Shown piece after piece: positions 1-9,777 of a DNA stretch of 50,444 nt. The translations under genes and the position numbers were made by a program. The stretch is from Clostridia bacterium (lineage in GTDB: Bacteria > Bacillota > Clostridia > TANB77 > CAG-508), in the NCBI GenBank assembly GCA_022790685.1, contig JAAVXQ010000063.1, positions 1 to 50,444 of the forward strand, given 5' to 3'. Numbering within the stretch: position 1 is the stretch's first letter; the number at the start of each line of letters is the position of its first letter. Under the pieces are notes generated by a model. It saw only the letters and a program-made list of their open reading frames with translations, did not search any database and had not been told where the DNA came from.

Positions 1-585
1 AGATGTATGAATTCTTCCACTACTTTCTGTATCTGGAACTCTTTGAACTCTATGAACACCACTTTCAAATTTAAATCTACTATATGCACCTTTTCCAGTA
101 ATCATAAAAGATATTTCTTTATATCCACCAAGACCAGTTTCGTTTTCATTTACAACTTCTATTTTAAAATGTTTTCTTTCTGAATACATTGAATACATTC
201 TAAATAATGTTCCAGCAAATAAAGCAGCCTCATCTCCACCAGCTCCAGCTCTTATTTCACAAATAACATTATTATCGTCATTTGGATCTTTTGGAATTAA
301 TAATATTTTAAGTTCTTCTTCTATCTTAGGAAGCATTTCTTTTGCTTCTAGCATATCTGCTTCTGCAAGTTCTTTAAGTTCTGGATCATTTAGCATTTCT
401 TTTGCTTCTTCTAAGCTTTGACTTACTTTTTTATATTCTCTGTACTTCATAACAATATCTTCTATATCACTATGTTCTTTCATTAGCTTTTTCCATTCAT
501 TTTGATTAGAAATCATATCTGGATCACTAATTAACTTATTAAGCTCTTCATATCTTTTCTCTACATCTTCTAATTTTTGAAACAT
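1..585 (-). CDS. prfA: Peptide chain release factor 1, N-terminal part (gene runs off the window start)
   Basis: Hand translation of the minus strand from ATG at 583-585 gives [24 protein letters not shown]...[21 protein letters not shown]...[23 protein letters not shown], an RF1-type sequence. aaagagg SD upstream. Not in the ORF track because it is truncated by the window edge. Confidence 0.85.
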   Translation of the reverse strand, partial: MFQKLEDVEKRYEELNKLISDPDMISNQNEWKKLMKEHSDIEDIVMKYREYKKVSQSLEEAKEMLNDPELKELAEADMLEAKEMLPKIEEELKILLIPKDPNDDNNVICEIRAGAGGDEAALFAGTLFRMYSMYSERKHFKIEVVNENETGLGGYKEISFMITGKGAYSRFKFESGVHRVQRVPDTESSGRIHTS

Positions 586-640
586 AAAAACCTCTTTTTC
601 TCTTTTAAAATTTAGCATATATATTATAAAACATTTTTCC

Positions 641-1768
641 TTAATTTTCAAGTTTTATTAGGTTATGCTCAATTTTTAGTCTATCTAATATTTCCTTTTC
701 TCTATTTGAACAAGTAAATATAATTATCTGATTATCAGAATAATTTTTATATATATACATAAGCATATTTTTTAGTCTTTCATTATCAAAATATGCAAAG
801 GCTTCATCTAATATGATTGGCATTTTTTCATCTGTTATTTCTGAAAGAGCACTTAATCTTAATGATAAATACATTTGATCTATTGTTCCAACACTTAATC
901 TCGATGCTGGTTCATATTTTCCATTTTGAACTTCTACCTTAAGTCCACATGTATCTGATACTCTTACATTCGTATATCTATTATCAGATATTTTTGAAAT
1001 TATAGTACATAAATTTTCTATAAATTTAGGACTTATATTAGCTTTTACTTCTTCATATGCTAAATTTAAACATTCTTTTGCTATATTAAATGATGTATTA
1101 AGAGAATTTAACTCTTCTTTTTCTTCTTCTGCATCTGTGAGTTCTTCTTCAATATTTGCTAAATCTTCTATTTTACTTATTATATTTTTATTGTCTTGTT
1201 CCATTGCATGAAGTTTAAATTTTAAAGTTTGAATTCTATTTTCTTTAAGTTCTATTTCATCTAATATACTATCTAAATCTTTATTTATATTCTTTTCTAT
1301 ATAGTCTAAATCTACAATATTTTTATATTTATTTATTATTTTTTCTTTATCTTTTTCTAAGTCTTTATCTAATTTTTGTTCTTTTATTATAATTTCATTA
1401 TTATGACTTTCTATATCTTGCTTAACCATTTCTATTTCTTTTAATAATATTTGCTTTTTCTCTATATTTTTTGCATTTATTGAATGTTTTATATCATTTT
1501 TTTCTTTTAGCATCATTCCAATAAGTATAAAAATAGGTATTATTGTAAGCGAATTAACAAAGTTATTATCATTTATTATAAACATTAATATACAAAACAA
1601 GATAAATACTACTAATAGTACATAATATTTTTTTAAATCTACTGATACGTTTTCCTTATTTCCTTCTAGTTTGTTTATCTCTCTATTTAATTCCTCAATT
1701 TTTCTATAATAACTTTTTTCCATATTTTTGCCGAAAATCAATTTCAGCATTTTTAAATTTGCTATCAT
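641..1768 (-). CDS. YhaN/SbcC-like AAA ATPase, C-terminal fragment (frameshifted gene)
   Basis: Coiled-coil region, two mid-protein TM helices ([30 protein letters not shown]), signature and Walker B region [16 protein letters not shown]...[13 protein letters not shown]. Overlaps the N-terminal fragment by 65 nt in another frame. Confidence 0.7.
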   Translation of the reverse strand: MIANLKMLKLIFGKNMEKSYYRKIEELNREINKLEGNKENVSVDLKKYYVLLVVFILFCILMFIINDNNFVNSLTIIPIFILIGMMLKEKNDIKHSINAKNIEKKQILLKEIEMVKQDIESHNNEIIIKEQKLDKDLEKDKEKIINKYKNIVDLDYIEKNINKDLDSILDEIELKENRIQTLKFKLHAMEQDNKNIISKIEDLANIEEELTDAEEEKEELNSLNTSFNIAKECLNLAYEEVKANISPKFIENLCTIISKISDNRYTNVRVSDTCGLKVEVQNGKYEPASRLSVGTIDQMYLSLRLSALSEITDEKMPIILDEAFAYFDNERLKNMLMYIYKNYSDNQIIIFTCSNREKEILDRLKIEHNLIKLEN

Positions 1769-2525
1769 CTAATTCTAACTTAATATCTTTTAATAAACTT
1801 CTTTTATCTTCTTCTATTTTTATTTCTTCTTTAATTTTTTCTCTTTGATTACTATTATCATAAATACTTTCCTTATACATAGAAAGTGATCTTTTCTTTT
1901 CTAAGAGATTTCTAATTTTCCCTTCTAAGACATTAATTGGTCTTTGTGCTGTTCTATCAGTTCCTACTTCTTCATTTTGTCTTTTATTTATCTTATCCAT
2001 TGACTTTTTAAAAGATATGTTGTCATCTCCAGATGATATTAAATTACTTATTTTCTGTATTATACTATTTTGACTCGACTTACTTAATTTTATTCCATCT
2101 TGTTCTGCTATTGCTGTATTATAAAAGGTTTCTTCATCTATTCCTGTTTGTTCATAAAAGAAATTTATACCTTTATTTTTATCTATAGTAAATTCTTTAG
2201 AAATATCCTCCATTTTGTCATTATATATTATTGCGTTTTTCTTCTTAAATTCTCTATATATTTCATAAGAATTGTTGTTATCTAATGTATATTTCATTTT
2301 TCCTGAGAACTCTTCTGCTTTCCAGGGCTTAAATTTATCAAAATCTGATATTTCCTTACCATTTTTATTTTTTGACGCACCATATAGCATACTTGATATA
2401 AATTTTAAAATACTTGATTTCCCTGTTTCATTTTCTCCATAAATTACATTAATTCCGTCGCTTAAACGTATTTCTTTATTCTCAACTCTACCAAAGCCAT
2501 TTACTTTAAAATAATCTATTTTCAT
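1704..2525 (-). CDS. YhaN/SbcC-like AAA ATPase, N-terminal fragment with Walker A (frameshifted gene)
   Basis: MKIDYFKVNGFGRVENKEIRLSDGINVIYGENETGKSS, a Rad50/SbcC-type N terminus. Lies directly downstream of the SbcD-like gene. Confidence 0.7.
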   Translation of the reverse strand: MKIDYFKVNGFGRVENKEIRLSDGINVIYGENETGKSSILKFISSMLYGASKNKNGKEISDFDKFKPWKAEEFSGKMKYTLDNNNSYEIYREFKKKNAIIYNDKMEDISKEFTIDKNKGINFFYEQTGIDEETFYNTAIAEQDGIKLSKSSQNSIIQKISNLISSGDDNISFKKSMDKINKRQNEEVGTDRTAQRPINVLEGKIRNLLEKKRSLSMYKESIYDNSNQREKIKEEIKIEEDKRSLLKDIKLELDDSKFKNAEIDFRQKYGKKLL

Positions 2526-2539
2526 AAAATCACCTCATT

Positions 2540-3604
2540 TTACATTGCTTCTAATCCTATTTCTATTGCCTTTTCAATCTCTTCCCTTGTATATTCTTTA
2601 GTTTCCAAAAGTTTTAAAGCTTCTCTTACAAATATTCCTTTTAAGGTGTCTTCTCTTGAAATAGTATCTAAGTCATAATTTATTTTTGTGTTATCCTTTA
2701 TTTTAAGTATTCTATCATTAATTACTGTGTCTAATATATCTCTTACATTTATTTCGAAGTTTCTCTTTCCTGTAAGTATGATTTTGTACATTTTATTTTC
2801 ACTCAAGTTTAGCTCTGTTAAGTGCTCTATTAGAGCTTCTTTTGAATTAAACATTTCTACATTCAATTTAAGCTCTGTAAATTCTCTTTCATCTAACTTA
2901 ACAAATTTTGTTTTAACTTCTCCATCAATAATTTCACCAACTACCATTCCATGCTCTCCAAGTTCATCAAAACCAAAAGAAATCATAGAACCTGGATAAA
3001 TTATATTTCCTGATACTTTAGGTTTATGTATATGTCCCAAAGCTATATATTCAAAGCCTAATAATTTGAGATCTTTTTCTGATATAGGATTATATGCTAA
3101 GCCTTCTTTATCCCTTCCACCATTTAAGTCTCCGTGCATTATTAAAATATTAGGTTTATTACTTTCTTTAACATTAATATAATCTAAAGGAGAACTATTC
3201 ATATAAAATTCTGTAAAACCCATACCATATATATTAGCAAAAGTAGTTTCTACTAATTCTATATTGCCTTTAAAAATATGTACATTATCATTAAATTTAT
3301 ATGTTTCATATATACTATTTTTAATATATGGATCATGGTTTCCTGGTGATATAAATATTTTTGTATTTGAAATTCCTTTAAACAATGCATTTATATAATC
3401 TATCGTTGTTTTTCTTACATATTCATGCTCATATAAATCACCTGATATAAATAAATAATCTATATTGTTTTCTTTAATATAGTCTATCATTTTTTTAAAA
3501 GTTTTTCTTTGCTCTAATCTTCTTACATTGCCTAAGTTAGATTTTGCACTTAGGACTGTAAATGGTGAATCAAAATGCATATCTGCCACATGTACAAATT
3601 TCAT
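2540..3604 (-). CDS. SbcD/YhaO-like metallophosphoesterase (DNA repair exonuclease family)
   Basis: Calcineurin-like phosphoesterase motifs VADMHFD, SGDLYEH, GNHD, MHGD, GHIH. Paired with the ATPase as in the Bacillus yhaO-yhaN arrangement. TTGACG-17-TAGAAT promoter in 3605-3700. Confidence 0.8.
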   Translation of the reverse strand: MKFVHVADMHFDSPFTVLSAKSNLGNVRRLEQRKTFKKMIDYIKENNIDYLFISGDLYEHEYVRKTTIDYINALFKGISNTKIFISPGNHDPYIKNSIYETYKFNDNVHIFKGNIELVETTFANIYGMGFTEFYMNSSPLDYINVKESNKPNILIMHGDLNGGRDKEGLAYNPISEKDLKLLGFEYIALGHIHKPKVSGNIIYPGSMISFGFDELGEHGMVVGEIIDGEVKTKFVKLDEREFTELKLNVEMFNSKEALIEHLTELNLSENKMYKIILTGKRNFEINVRDILDTVINDRILKIKDNTKINYDLDTISREDTLKGIFVREALKLLETKEYTREEIEKAIEIGLEAM

Positions 3605-3720
3605 ACTACCCTCTCCTTTCTTTTAACGCATAGTCATTCTATCATATTTACATATTTACGTCAATATTGCATAGAATATTTGTTCGTAAGTTTTATTCTT
3701 ATAAAATTATATTATTAAAG

Positions 3721-3753
3721 TAAAAAACCTTTAAGTATAAAACTTAAAGGTTT
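3721..3753 (-). terminator. Rho-independent terminator after the orphan T4CP gene
   Basis: Stem aacctttaagt / acttaaaggtt with a 5-nt loop, followed on the minus strand by a T-run. Confidence 0.7.
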
Positions 3754-3761
3754 CATTTATA

Positions 3762-5264
3762 TTAATCTTCTATTGAACCAAATAATTCATCAAATTTGGC
3801 TTCTAGCTCTTTTTGAATATCTACAAGTTCTTCTTGTCTTTTTTGTTCTTCAGCATCTATTTCTTCTTTTTTCTCTACATCCACTTTCTTTTCTTCTGGT
3901 TTCTTTTCAGTTTCTTCATCTTTAAACAAATCATCTAAAGCTTCTAAACTTTGAGCTGTTCCAGTAGAATCTTCTTTTCCTTCTTCATATGGATTATATG
4001 GGTTGTATTTTCTCCAAATACCTCTTTCTATATTAACATCATTATGATCTGTTTTAAATTTATTTACTAATCTTCCTTCTGGATATTTAAAATAATAATA
4101 CTTATTAGCTTTAATAGGTTTTATACCTTTTTCATAAATTATACAAAGATCATTATCCATTCTTCTTAATTCATCTGCTGTCATTAGAGCTCTACCCATT
4201 ACTTGGTCTGATTCACTCTTACCTTGTTTCCAATCTTCTCTATCTTTATTTACTGAAACATTATCTCTTGTTATAGTTTTTTCTCCTAATGCTTTAGAGA
4301 AATATTCAACTGTTTTTTGAGAGTTAGAACCTAAGAAAAGGTGTGTATCACAGTTACCTATAATTGTTTCATAAGACTCTTTATAAACTGCTTCTAATTG
4401 GTCTAAATTTTGTAATATAACACTAAATGATATTTTTCTACTTCTTGATGTTGATATCTTTTTATCAAAATCTGGTATTTGTCCAATGTTAGCAAACTCA
4501 TCTAGTATAAAATATGTAGGTACTGGAAGAGCTCCTCCACTAACATCTGCAAAATCATATAATTGTTGAATCATCTGTGAGAAAAATATTGTAAGTAAGA
4601 AGTCATATGCTGTATGCGTATCCGAAGATATAACATATACAGCTGTTTTCTTTTTTCCTATTTCTGGAAAATCTATTGTATCTGTTGATGTAACTTCAGC
4701 TATTTCTTTTGAATCAAATTTACCTAATTTTGATTGTAATGTTCCAAGAACTGATCCAAAAGTTTTTTCTGGCAACATTTCTATATTTTTATAATACATT
4801 CTTGCTGGATGATCCATTGGTAATTGGTTCATCAAATTAGTAAGTAAGTTATCTCCACCACTACTATTTGCTGTTCTAACAAGTTCTGAACAACTTGCTA
4901 AACTTTGTTCTTCTTTAGGTCTAACAGATTTTAAATAATATATTAAGGCTTTAAGTAACATTTCTGACATATCATCCCAGAATGGATCTGATGATTTGCC
5001 CTCTCCTTGACCTTTAACTATTGTGTTTGCTATTATATCTACATCTATTTCATTATTTATGTGATGAAGTGGGTTATACCCATCACTATTCTGTGGCCTT
5101 ACTAAATTAAGTACTTTTATTTCATATCCTTTTGATTTAAAATATCCAGCTGTCTTATCATAAAGTTCACCTTTAGGATCTGTAAATACATAAGATCCTA
5201 AAAGTTGAAGTGCATTTGGAATAACATATGATGCAGATTTACCAGCACCAGAACCTCCGTACAA
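3762..5264 (-). CDS. VirD4/TraG/TraD-type type IV coupling protein, NTPase part (frameshifted gene)
   Basis: Starts (L)YGGSGAGKS (Walker A). Also VFTDPKGELY, YFILDEFANIG (Walker B), and an acidic/Lys-rich C-terminal tail. The upstream frame is closed by TAG at 5265-5267. Confidence 0.8.
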   Translation of the reverse strand: MYGGSGAGKSASYVIPNALQLLGSYVFTDPKGELYDKTAGYFKSKGYEIKVLNLVRPQNSDGYNPLHHINNEIDVDIIANTIVKGQGEGKSSDPFWDDMSEMLLKALIYYLKSVRPKEEQSLASCSELVRTANSSGGDNLLTNLMNQLPMDHPARMYYKNIEMLPEKTFGSVLGTLQSKLGKFDSKEIAEVTSTDTIDFPEIGKKKTAVYVISSDTHTAYDFLLTIFFSQMIQQLYDFADVSGGALPVPTYFILDEFANIGQIPDFDKKISTSRSRKISFSVILQNLDQLEAVYKESYETIIGNCDTHLFLGSNSQKTVEYFSKALGEKTITRDNVSVNKDREDWKQGKSESDQVMGRALMTADELRRMDNDLCIIYEKGIKPIKANKYYYFKYPEGRLVNKFKTDHNDVNIERGIWRKYNPYNPYEEGKEDSTGTAQSLEALDDLFKDEETEKKPEEKKVDVEKKEEIDAEEQKRQEELVDIQKELEAKFDELFGSIED

Positions 5265-5742
5265 CTAAAACGTTTACGTTACCACGTTTATCAACTGGTA
5301 AGTAGTTCTTTTCTGCTAAAACAATACCTTTACTTCTATGTAAAACTTTGTATTGTTCTCCATTTTCACTCCAATCACTTGAACCATTTTCTATATCTTG
5401 ATATTCATGCTTTGGAAATGCTTTACATATTCCTACAAAAACAAACAATCCATAAAATAACATAAACCATTTTGTAACTGTAAAAAACATTTCTAAGTAA
5501 TTTATTGGTTCAGTTTTAAAACATAATCCAAATGCAGTACCTGGCGATACAATATATGTTCCTAGATGCTCAAAAAAGATTTGCCAGTTAAAATATGAAT
5601 CATCAGCCATTATACCATCTTTTACTGCTACACTAAATGGTGCAACACCAAAGAATATTATAACAGCTAACAATATTGCACTTACGATTAGTTTCCCTTT
5701 AATTTTATGAATTGCTCTTCTTAATCTTTCAAAAAAATTCAT
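5239..5742 (-). CDS. VirD4/TraG-type coupling protein, N-terminal membrane part (frameshifted gene)
   Basis: Two TM helices (LIVSAILLAVIIFFGVAPF, WFMLFYGLFVFVGICKAF). Ends ...KRGNVNVLVV and then reads out of frame (RRFWCW*). Confidence 0.75.
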   Translation of the reverse strand: MNFFERLRRAIHKIKGKLIVSAILLAVIIFFGVAPFSVAVKDGIMADDSYFNWQIFFEHLGTYIVSPGTAFGLCFKTEPINYLEMFFTVTKWFMLFYGLFVFVGICKAFPKHEYQDIENGSSDWSENGEQYKVLHRSKGIVLAEKNYLPVDKRGNVNVLVVRRFWCW

Positions 5743-5783
5743 TAAATTTCACCTTTTCTTGCGTAAAATTTTATTTTATGTGT

Positions 5784-6158
5784 TTAATCTTCTCTATCCA
5801 TATCTTCTTTGCTTTCTTTTTCTTTCTTATCCTTTACGCTGTCTTTTCCTTTTCTTGATTTATCTTTATCTTTGTCTTTGCCTTTTTCTCTACTAGGATG
5901 TGTAGAAATTATTAATCCTTTATTTTCTTCTAATTCTTGCAAAGAACCTTTTCCTTCTTGTCCGAAGTCCACATAACCACCCTTAACTGGTTTTGTTTCT
6001 TTTAAGAAAGCAGTATCTATAGTACATATTACAATTGTTGTTTCAGGATTTCCTGTAAAAGCTGCTATATGACGATTGATCTCTTCTTGGCTTACTTCTT
6101 TCTTGGCAATTTCTTTTCTACTTCCTCCACTTGGAGACTTAGCAGTATTCTCGCTCAT
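5784..6158 (-). CDS. Hypothetical protein (124 aa) with a Lys/Asp/Glu-rich tail
   Basis: ORF with an AAAGGAG SD, 19 nt after the upstream gene and 41 nt before the T4CP start. No family recognised by eye. Confidence 0.55.
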   Translation of the reverse strand: MSENTAKSPSGGSRKEIAKKEVSQEEINRHIAAFTGNPETTIVICTIDTAFLKETKPVKGGYVDFGQEGKGSLQELEENKGLIISTHPSREKGKDKDKDKSRKGKDSVKDKKEKESKEDMDRED

Positions 6159-6177
6159 AAAACGAACTCCTTTCTAT

Positions 6178-6714
6178 TTAGTCCTTTTTCTTCTTTTCTT
6201 CTCTAATTTCAAATGCAAAATATCTTTTGTATGGTTTTAATTTGCATTTTCCCTTTACCTCATTAGCTTCTTCATCAAAGTAAAGTGTTGGCTTTACTTC
6301 TTCTGTTGTCTCTGGATCAATTATTGAAATTGGTCTTTTCATGTTTGGTGTATAAGCAAATTCTTTATACTCCGTTTCTTCTTCGTTATATAAAGTCTTA
6401 AACTTCATAGGCATTGGTTTTTTTGATATTTTTATAACATCATAATCTAAAAATCCCATATTTACGACTACTTTTTCTTTTGCAAAAGAAAGTATTACCA
6501 AAGGATTACCATCTGGCGCAGGATTATCAATATAAAAAGTCTTCTTTTTATTTGCACCTATATATTCCTCTGAAAATTCTAGTCGTTCAACAGTATACTT
6601 TGGAGAATTTTTAGAGAATTCTTTTTCAGTTCTGTTAACTTGGTAAATAACAGTGTTTACATCTTTTGGATCTGTAACACTAAAGTATTTACCAGATAGA
6701 TTTTCTTCATCCAT
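6178..6714 (-). CDS. Hypothetical protein (178 aa)
   Basis: ORF with an AAAGGGGTG SD. First gene after a consensus promoter. No family recognised by eye. Confidence 0.55.
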   Translation of the reverse strand: MDEENLSGKYFSVTDPKDVNTVIYQVNRTEKEFSKNSPKYTVERLEFSEEYIGANKKKTFYIDNPAPDGNPLVILSFAKEKVVVNMGFLDYDVIKISKKPMPMKFKTLYNEEETEYKEFAYTPNMKRPISIIDPETTEEVKPTLYFDEEANEVKGKCKLKPYKRYFAFEIREEKKKKD

Positions 6715-6773
6715 TAATTTTACACCCCTTTATCTAATTTGAACGCATTTCTCATTTGTATATACACTATAGT

Positions 6774-6802
6774 ATTATATCTAATATATAGCTATATGTC
6801 AA
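6774..6802 (-). promoter_or_regulatory. Consensus sigma-A promoter of the 178aa-124aa-T4CP operon
   Basis: Minus strand reads TTGACA (6797-6802), a 17-nt spacer, then TATAAT (6774-6779). Confidence 0.65.
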
Positions 6803-6820
6803 CGTTTTTTTGAATTTATG

Positions 6821-7717
6821 TTAACTGTTTCTTGGATTAAATGTTGATATATCATTTAACTTTGCAAAAAGCTTTTTTTCCTCTTCATTTATATGTTTTG
6901 GTATCATAATCTTTGTATCTAATATAAGATTTCCTCTACCACCTTTTCCATCTTTATATCCTTTATTTTCTATGGTTATAGTCTCACCACTTTGGATTCC
7001 AGATGGTATGTACACAAATACATCTTCATTTATTCCACTAACGGTCACTTTTGTACTTAATGCCGCTTCCCAAGGAGTTAAATATAAATCCTTTCTTAAG
7101 TTATACCCTTCTAATTTGAATTGCTTATCATTATCTATTTTTACTCTAATAAATAAATCTCCATTTTTTCCACCAGCGATTCCTGGTTTCCCCTGTCCTA
7201 CTAATCTGATTTTTTCATTGTTTTGTATTCCTGGAGGAACTTGTACTTTAAATTTTTTAAGTCCACCATCAACAGTTCTAACACCTATTGTTTGCTCTTT
7301 ACCTCTAAAGGCATCTTCTATTGAAAGGTTTATCTCTGTTTCAACATTTTCACCTTTTCTTGATTTACTTTTCTCTGAACTTTCTTTAGCTAGTCCTTCT
7401 ATATTTCCAAAAAACATATTGAAAAAATCACTAAATAATGAGTCATTACTTCTTCTACTTTCTTCGTAAGAAACCTTTTTATAGCTTTTTCCTACATTAT
7501 GATTCCACATCCTATCATATTTTCTTTTTGTAGAATTGTTTGAAAGTACTCTATATGCTTCATTTATATCTTTAAAACGCTCTTCGTTTTTTTTCTCTTT
7601 TATATTTACATCTGGATGATATTTTTTTGCTTGTTCCCTATAAGCAAGTTTAATTTGAGACATACTAACTCTGTTGCTATCCAGCCCTAAAATTTTGTAG
7701 TAATCCTTAAAAATCAT
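6821..7717 (-). CDS. cbpA: J-domain protein, CbpA-like (DnaJ N- and C-terminal domains, no zinc-finger region)
   Basis: DYYKILGLDSNRVSMSQIKLAYREQAKKYHPDVN J domain with HPD. DnaJ C-terminal beta domains (GENVETEINLSIEDAFRGKE..., GDLFIRVKI). No CxxCxGxG repeats. Confidence 0.75.
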   Translation of the reverse strand: MIFKDYYKILGLDSNRVSMSQIKLAYREQAKKYHPDVNIKEKKNEERFKDINEAYRVLSNNSTKRKYDRMWNHNVGKSYKKVSYEESRRSNDSLFSDFFNMFFGNIEGLAKESSEKSKSRKGENVETEINLSIEDAFRGKEQTIGVRTVDGGLKKFKVQVPPGIQNNEKIRLVGQGKPGIAGGKNGDLFIRVKIDNDKQFKLEGYNLRKDLYLTPWEAALSTKVTVSGINEDVFVYIPSGIQSGETITIENKGYKDGKGGRGNLILDTKIMIPKHINEEEKKLFAKLNDISTFNPRNS

Positions 7718-7856
7718 TTAAACATCCTCCGAACTTTATTTTGTAAAAATTCTTTTTCATTATATCACTTGACCATCTCTTTGTGAAGTTTTTTTGCTAA
7801 AAAATAATAAAAAATATCCTGTAATATTTATGTAATATATTTTCATTTCATTTACT

Positions 7857-7917
7857 AAAAAAGTAAACCTAAAATTTTCTATCTGTATAATTTTTAAGAA
7901 AATTTTAGGTTTTTTTA
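7857..7917 (-). terminator. Terminator hairpin after yqeK (T-runs on both sides)
   Basis: Stem aaacctaaaattttc (7865-7879) / gaaaattttaggttt (7898-7912), flanked by A-run and T-run. Confidence 0.65.
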
Positions 7918-7921
7918 TTAA

Positions 7922-8488
7922 TTATTTTTTTATAATCAAATAATTCAGGGCTCTTACAGAATCAAGGTGTACCGTCTTTTTTGTTTTTATTCTTTCTTCT
8001 ATTGTAAATGCAATAATAAATTCCACGGTTTCATCTAAATTTTCTTTTGCCAATTCTCGTGCTTTTTCTGTATTACTATAATTTCTATCTAGACTTATTG
8101 TATCAGCTACATAAAGTATCTTTTGAAGTAAAGTCATATTTTCTTTTGCTGTTGTATGATATTTTACAGCTTCACAAATATCTTTACTTAGTCCTAAATC
8201 TTTTTCACAAATTGCTGCTCCCAACTTTGCATGTATAAGACCTTTGCTTTCTTTTTCTACTTCATCTAATTTTATACCATACTTTCCTTCTGCTAGTTTT
8301 ATCCTATCTTCTTTCGGTATTTCTTTAGCTATATCATGTACAATTCCTGCAATTTTTGCATTTTCTACATCTTCTCCATAAATTTTAGCAAGTTCTATAC
8401 ATGCCTCCATAACACATTTAGAATGATAAAATCTTTTCTCAGATAATGTATTTTTTACTTTTTCGTATATTTCTTCAAAGTCTAACAT
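7922..8488 (-). CDS. yqeK: HD-domain hydrolase YqeK (bis(5'-nucleosyl)-tetraphosphatase family)
   Basis: KRFYHSKCVMEACIELA...AGIVHDIAKE...KYHTTA...YVADTIS, the typical YqeK HD motifs. Confidence 0.8.
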   Translation of the reverse strand: MLDFEEIYEKVKNTLSEKRFYHSKCVMEACIELAKIYGEDVENAKIAGIVHDIAKEIPKEDRIKLAEGKYGIKLDEVEKESKGLIHAKLGAAICEKDLGLSKDICEAVKYHTTAKENMTLLQKILYVADTISLDRNYSNTEKARELAKENLDETVEFIIAFTIEERIKTKKTVHLDSVRALNYLIIKK

Positions 8489-9724
8489 CTATTTTGCTCC
8501 CTTTGTTCCTGTTTTTGTTCCTTGCATTGCTAATATATTTTGATCATATGAAAATGTTAGTTTTTCTTTCTCACGATGTCTTTTTAAAGCTATATCTACT
8601 AGTTCATCTAATTCTTTTTCAAAGGTTTTACCACTAGCTTCCCATAAATAATAAGATAATGCACCTGGAATAGTATTAATCTCATTTACATATACTTTAT
8701 TCTCATCTTTATCTATTAAGAAATCAACTCTTGAAACTCCACTACATCCTAATGCTTTAAAAGTTTCTTTTGTTAGTTTTTCTATTTCTTTTCTTTTTTC
8801 TTCACTAATATCTGCTGGTAATTTCTTATTAGATACTGCCATTCCCTTTCCAGCACTTTTTGCTCCTATATTTCCTTTTACTCCGCTTGATAATTTACCA
8901 TTTTTTGAGCTTTTACCACCAGCCATATATTTATCAGCATATGATAATATTTCATCTGAGAAAAATGGCTCTTCACATACAGATGTCTCACTATCAACAA
9001 TATTACCAATAACAGAACAGTTTATTTCTTGCAAATTTTCAACAGCTTTTTCTACTAATATTCTATCTGAAAATTCCATAGCAAATTCAATAGCTTCTTG
9101 CAATTCTGCTTTGTTTCTTGCCTTTTTTATTCCTACGCTTGATCCTAAATTTCCAGGTTTAACAATCATAGGATAATCTATATTTTCTTCTATATCTTTT
9201 ATTACATTTTCTTCTTCTTTTATGTACTCCATAGAATAAAAAGCTTTATATTTTACAACGGGTATTCCTGATTCTTTTAATATTTTTTTCATTAATATCT
9301 TATCCATACCTACAGCAGAAGAAACTATATCTGGTCCTACAAAAGGAATTCCAAGCATTGTAAAAAATCCAGCCATGGTTCCATCTTCTACATTTGTTCC
9401 ATGTACTATTGGAAATGCAACATCAATAGTATTTAAAACCTTTTTTCCAATTAAAGGTGATGGATATCTAACTACTTTTATACTTTTTCCATCATTTACA
9501 ATTGTTACTTGATAACTTCTTTTTAGAAGCACTTCCATATCTCTATATTGATATATATCTAATAAATCATCACCTGTATACATTACTCCATTTTTAGTAA
9601 TATATATAGGTACTATTTCATATTTTTCTTCATTTATACTAGCCATTGCCTGACTCATAGTTATTACTGATATCTCATGTTCAACTGAGTTACCTCCAAA
9701 AAACACTCCTAATTTTATTTTCAT
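8489..9724 (-). CDS. ddl: D-alanine--D-alanine ligase (long form, 411 aa)
   Basis: MKIKLGVFFGGNSVEHEISV..., ATP-grasp region IVKPGNLGSSVGI, GCSGVSRVDFLI, EINTIPG. Confidence 0.85.
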   Translation of the reverse strand: MKIKLGVFFGGNSVEHEISVITMSQAMASINEEKYEIVPIYITKNGVMYTGDDLLDIYQYRDMEVLLKRSYQVTIVNDGKSIKVVRYPSPLIGKKVLNTIDVAFPIVHGTNVEDGTMAGFFTMLGIPFVGPDIVSSAVGMDKILMKKILKESGIPVVKYKAFYSMEYIKEEENVIKDIEENIDYPMIVKPGNLGSSVGIKKARNKAELQEAIEFAMEFSDRILVEKAVENLQEINCSVIGNIVDSETSVCEEPFFSDEILSYADKYMAGGKSSKNGKLSSGVKGNIGAKSAGKGMAVSNKKLPADISEEKRKEIEKLTKETFKALGCSGVSRVDFLIDKDENKVYVNEINTIPGALSYYLWEASGKTFEKELDELVDIALKRHREKEKLTFSYDQNILAMQGTKTGTKGAK

Positions 9725-9777
9725 ATTTCTTCCCTCTAACCTTACTTAAATTTTAGGTTTTTTAGGTTCCTATAAAC

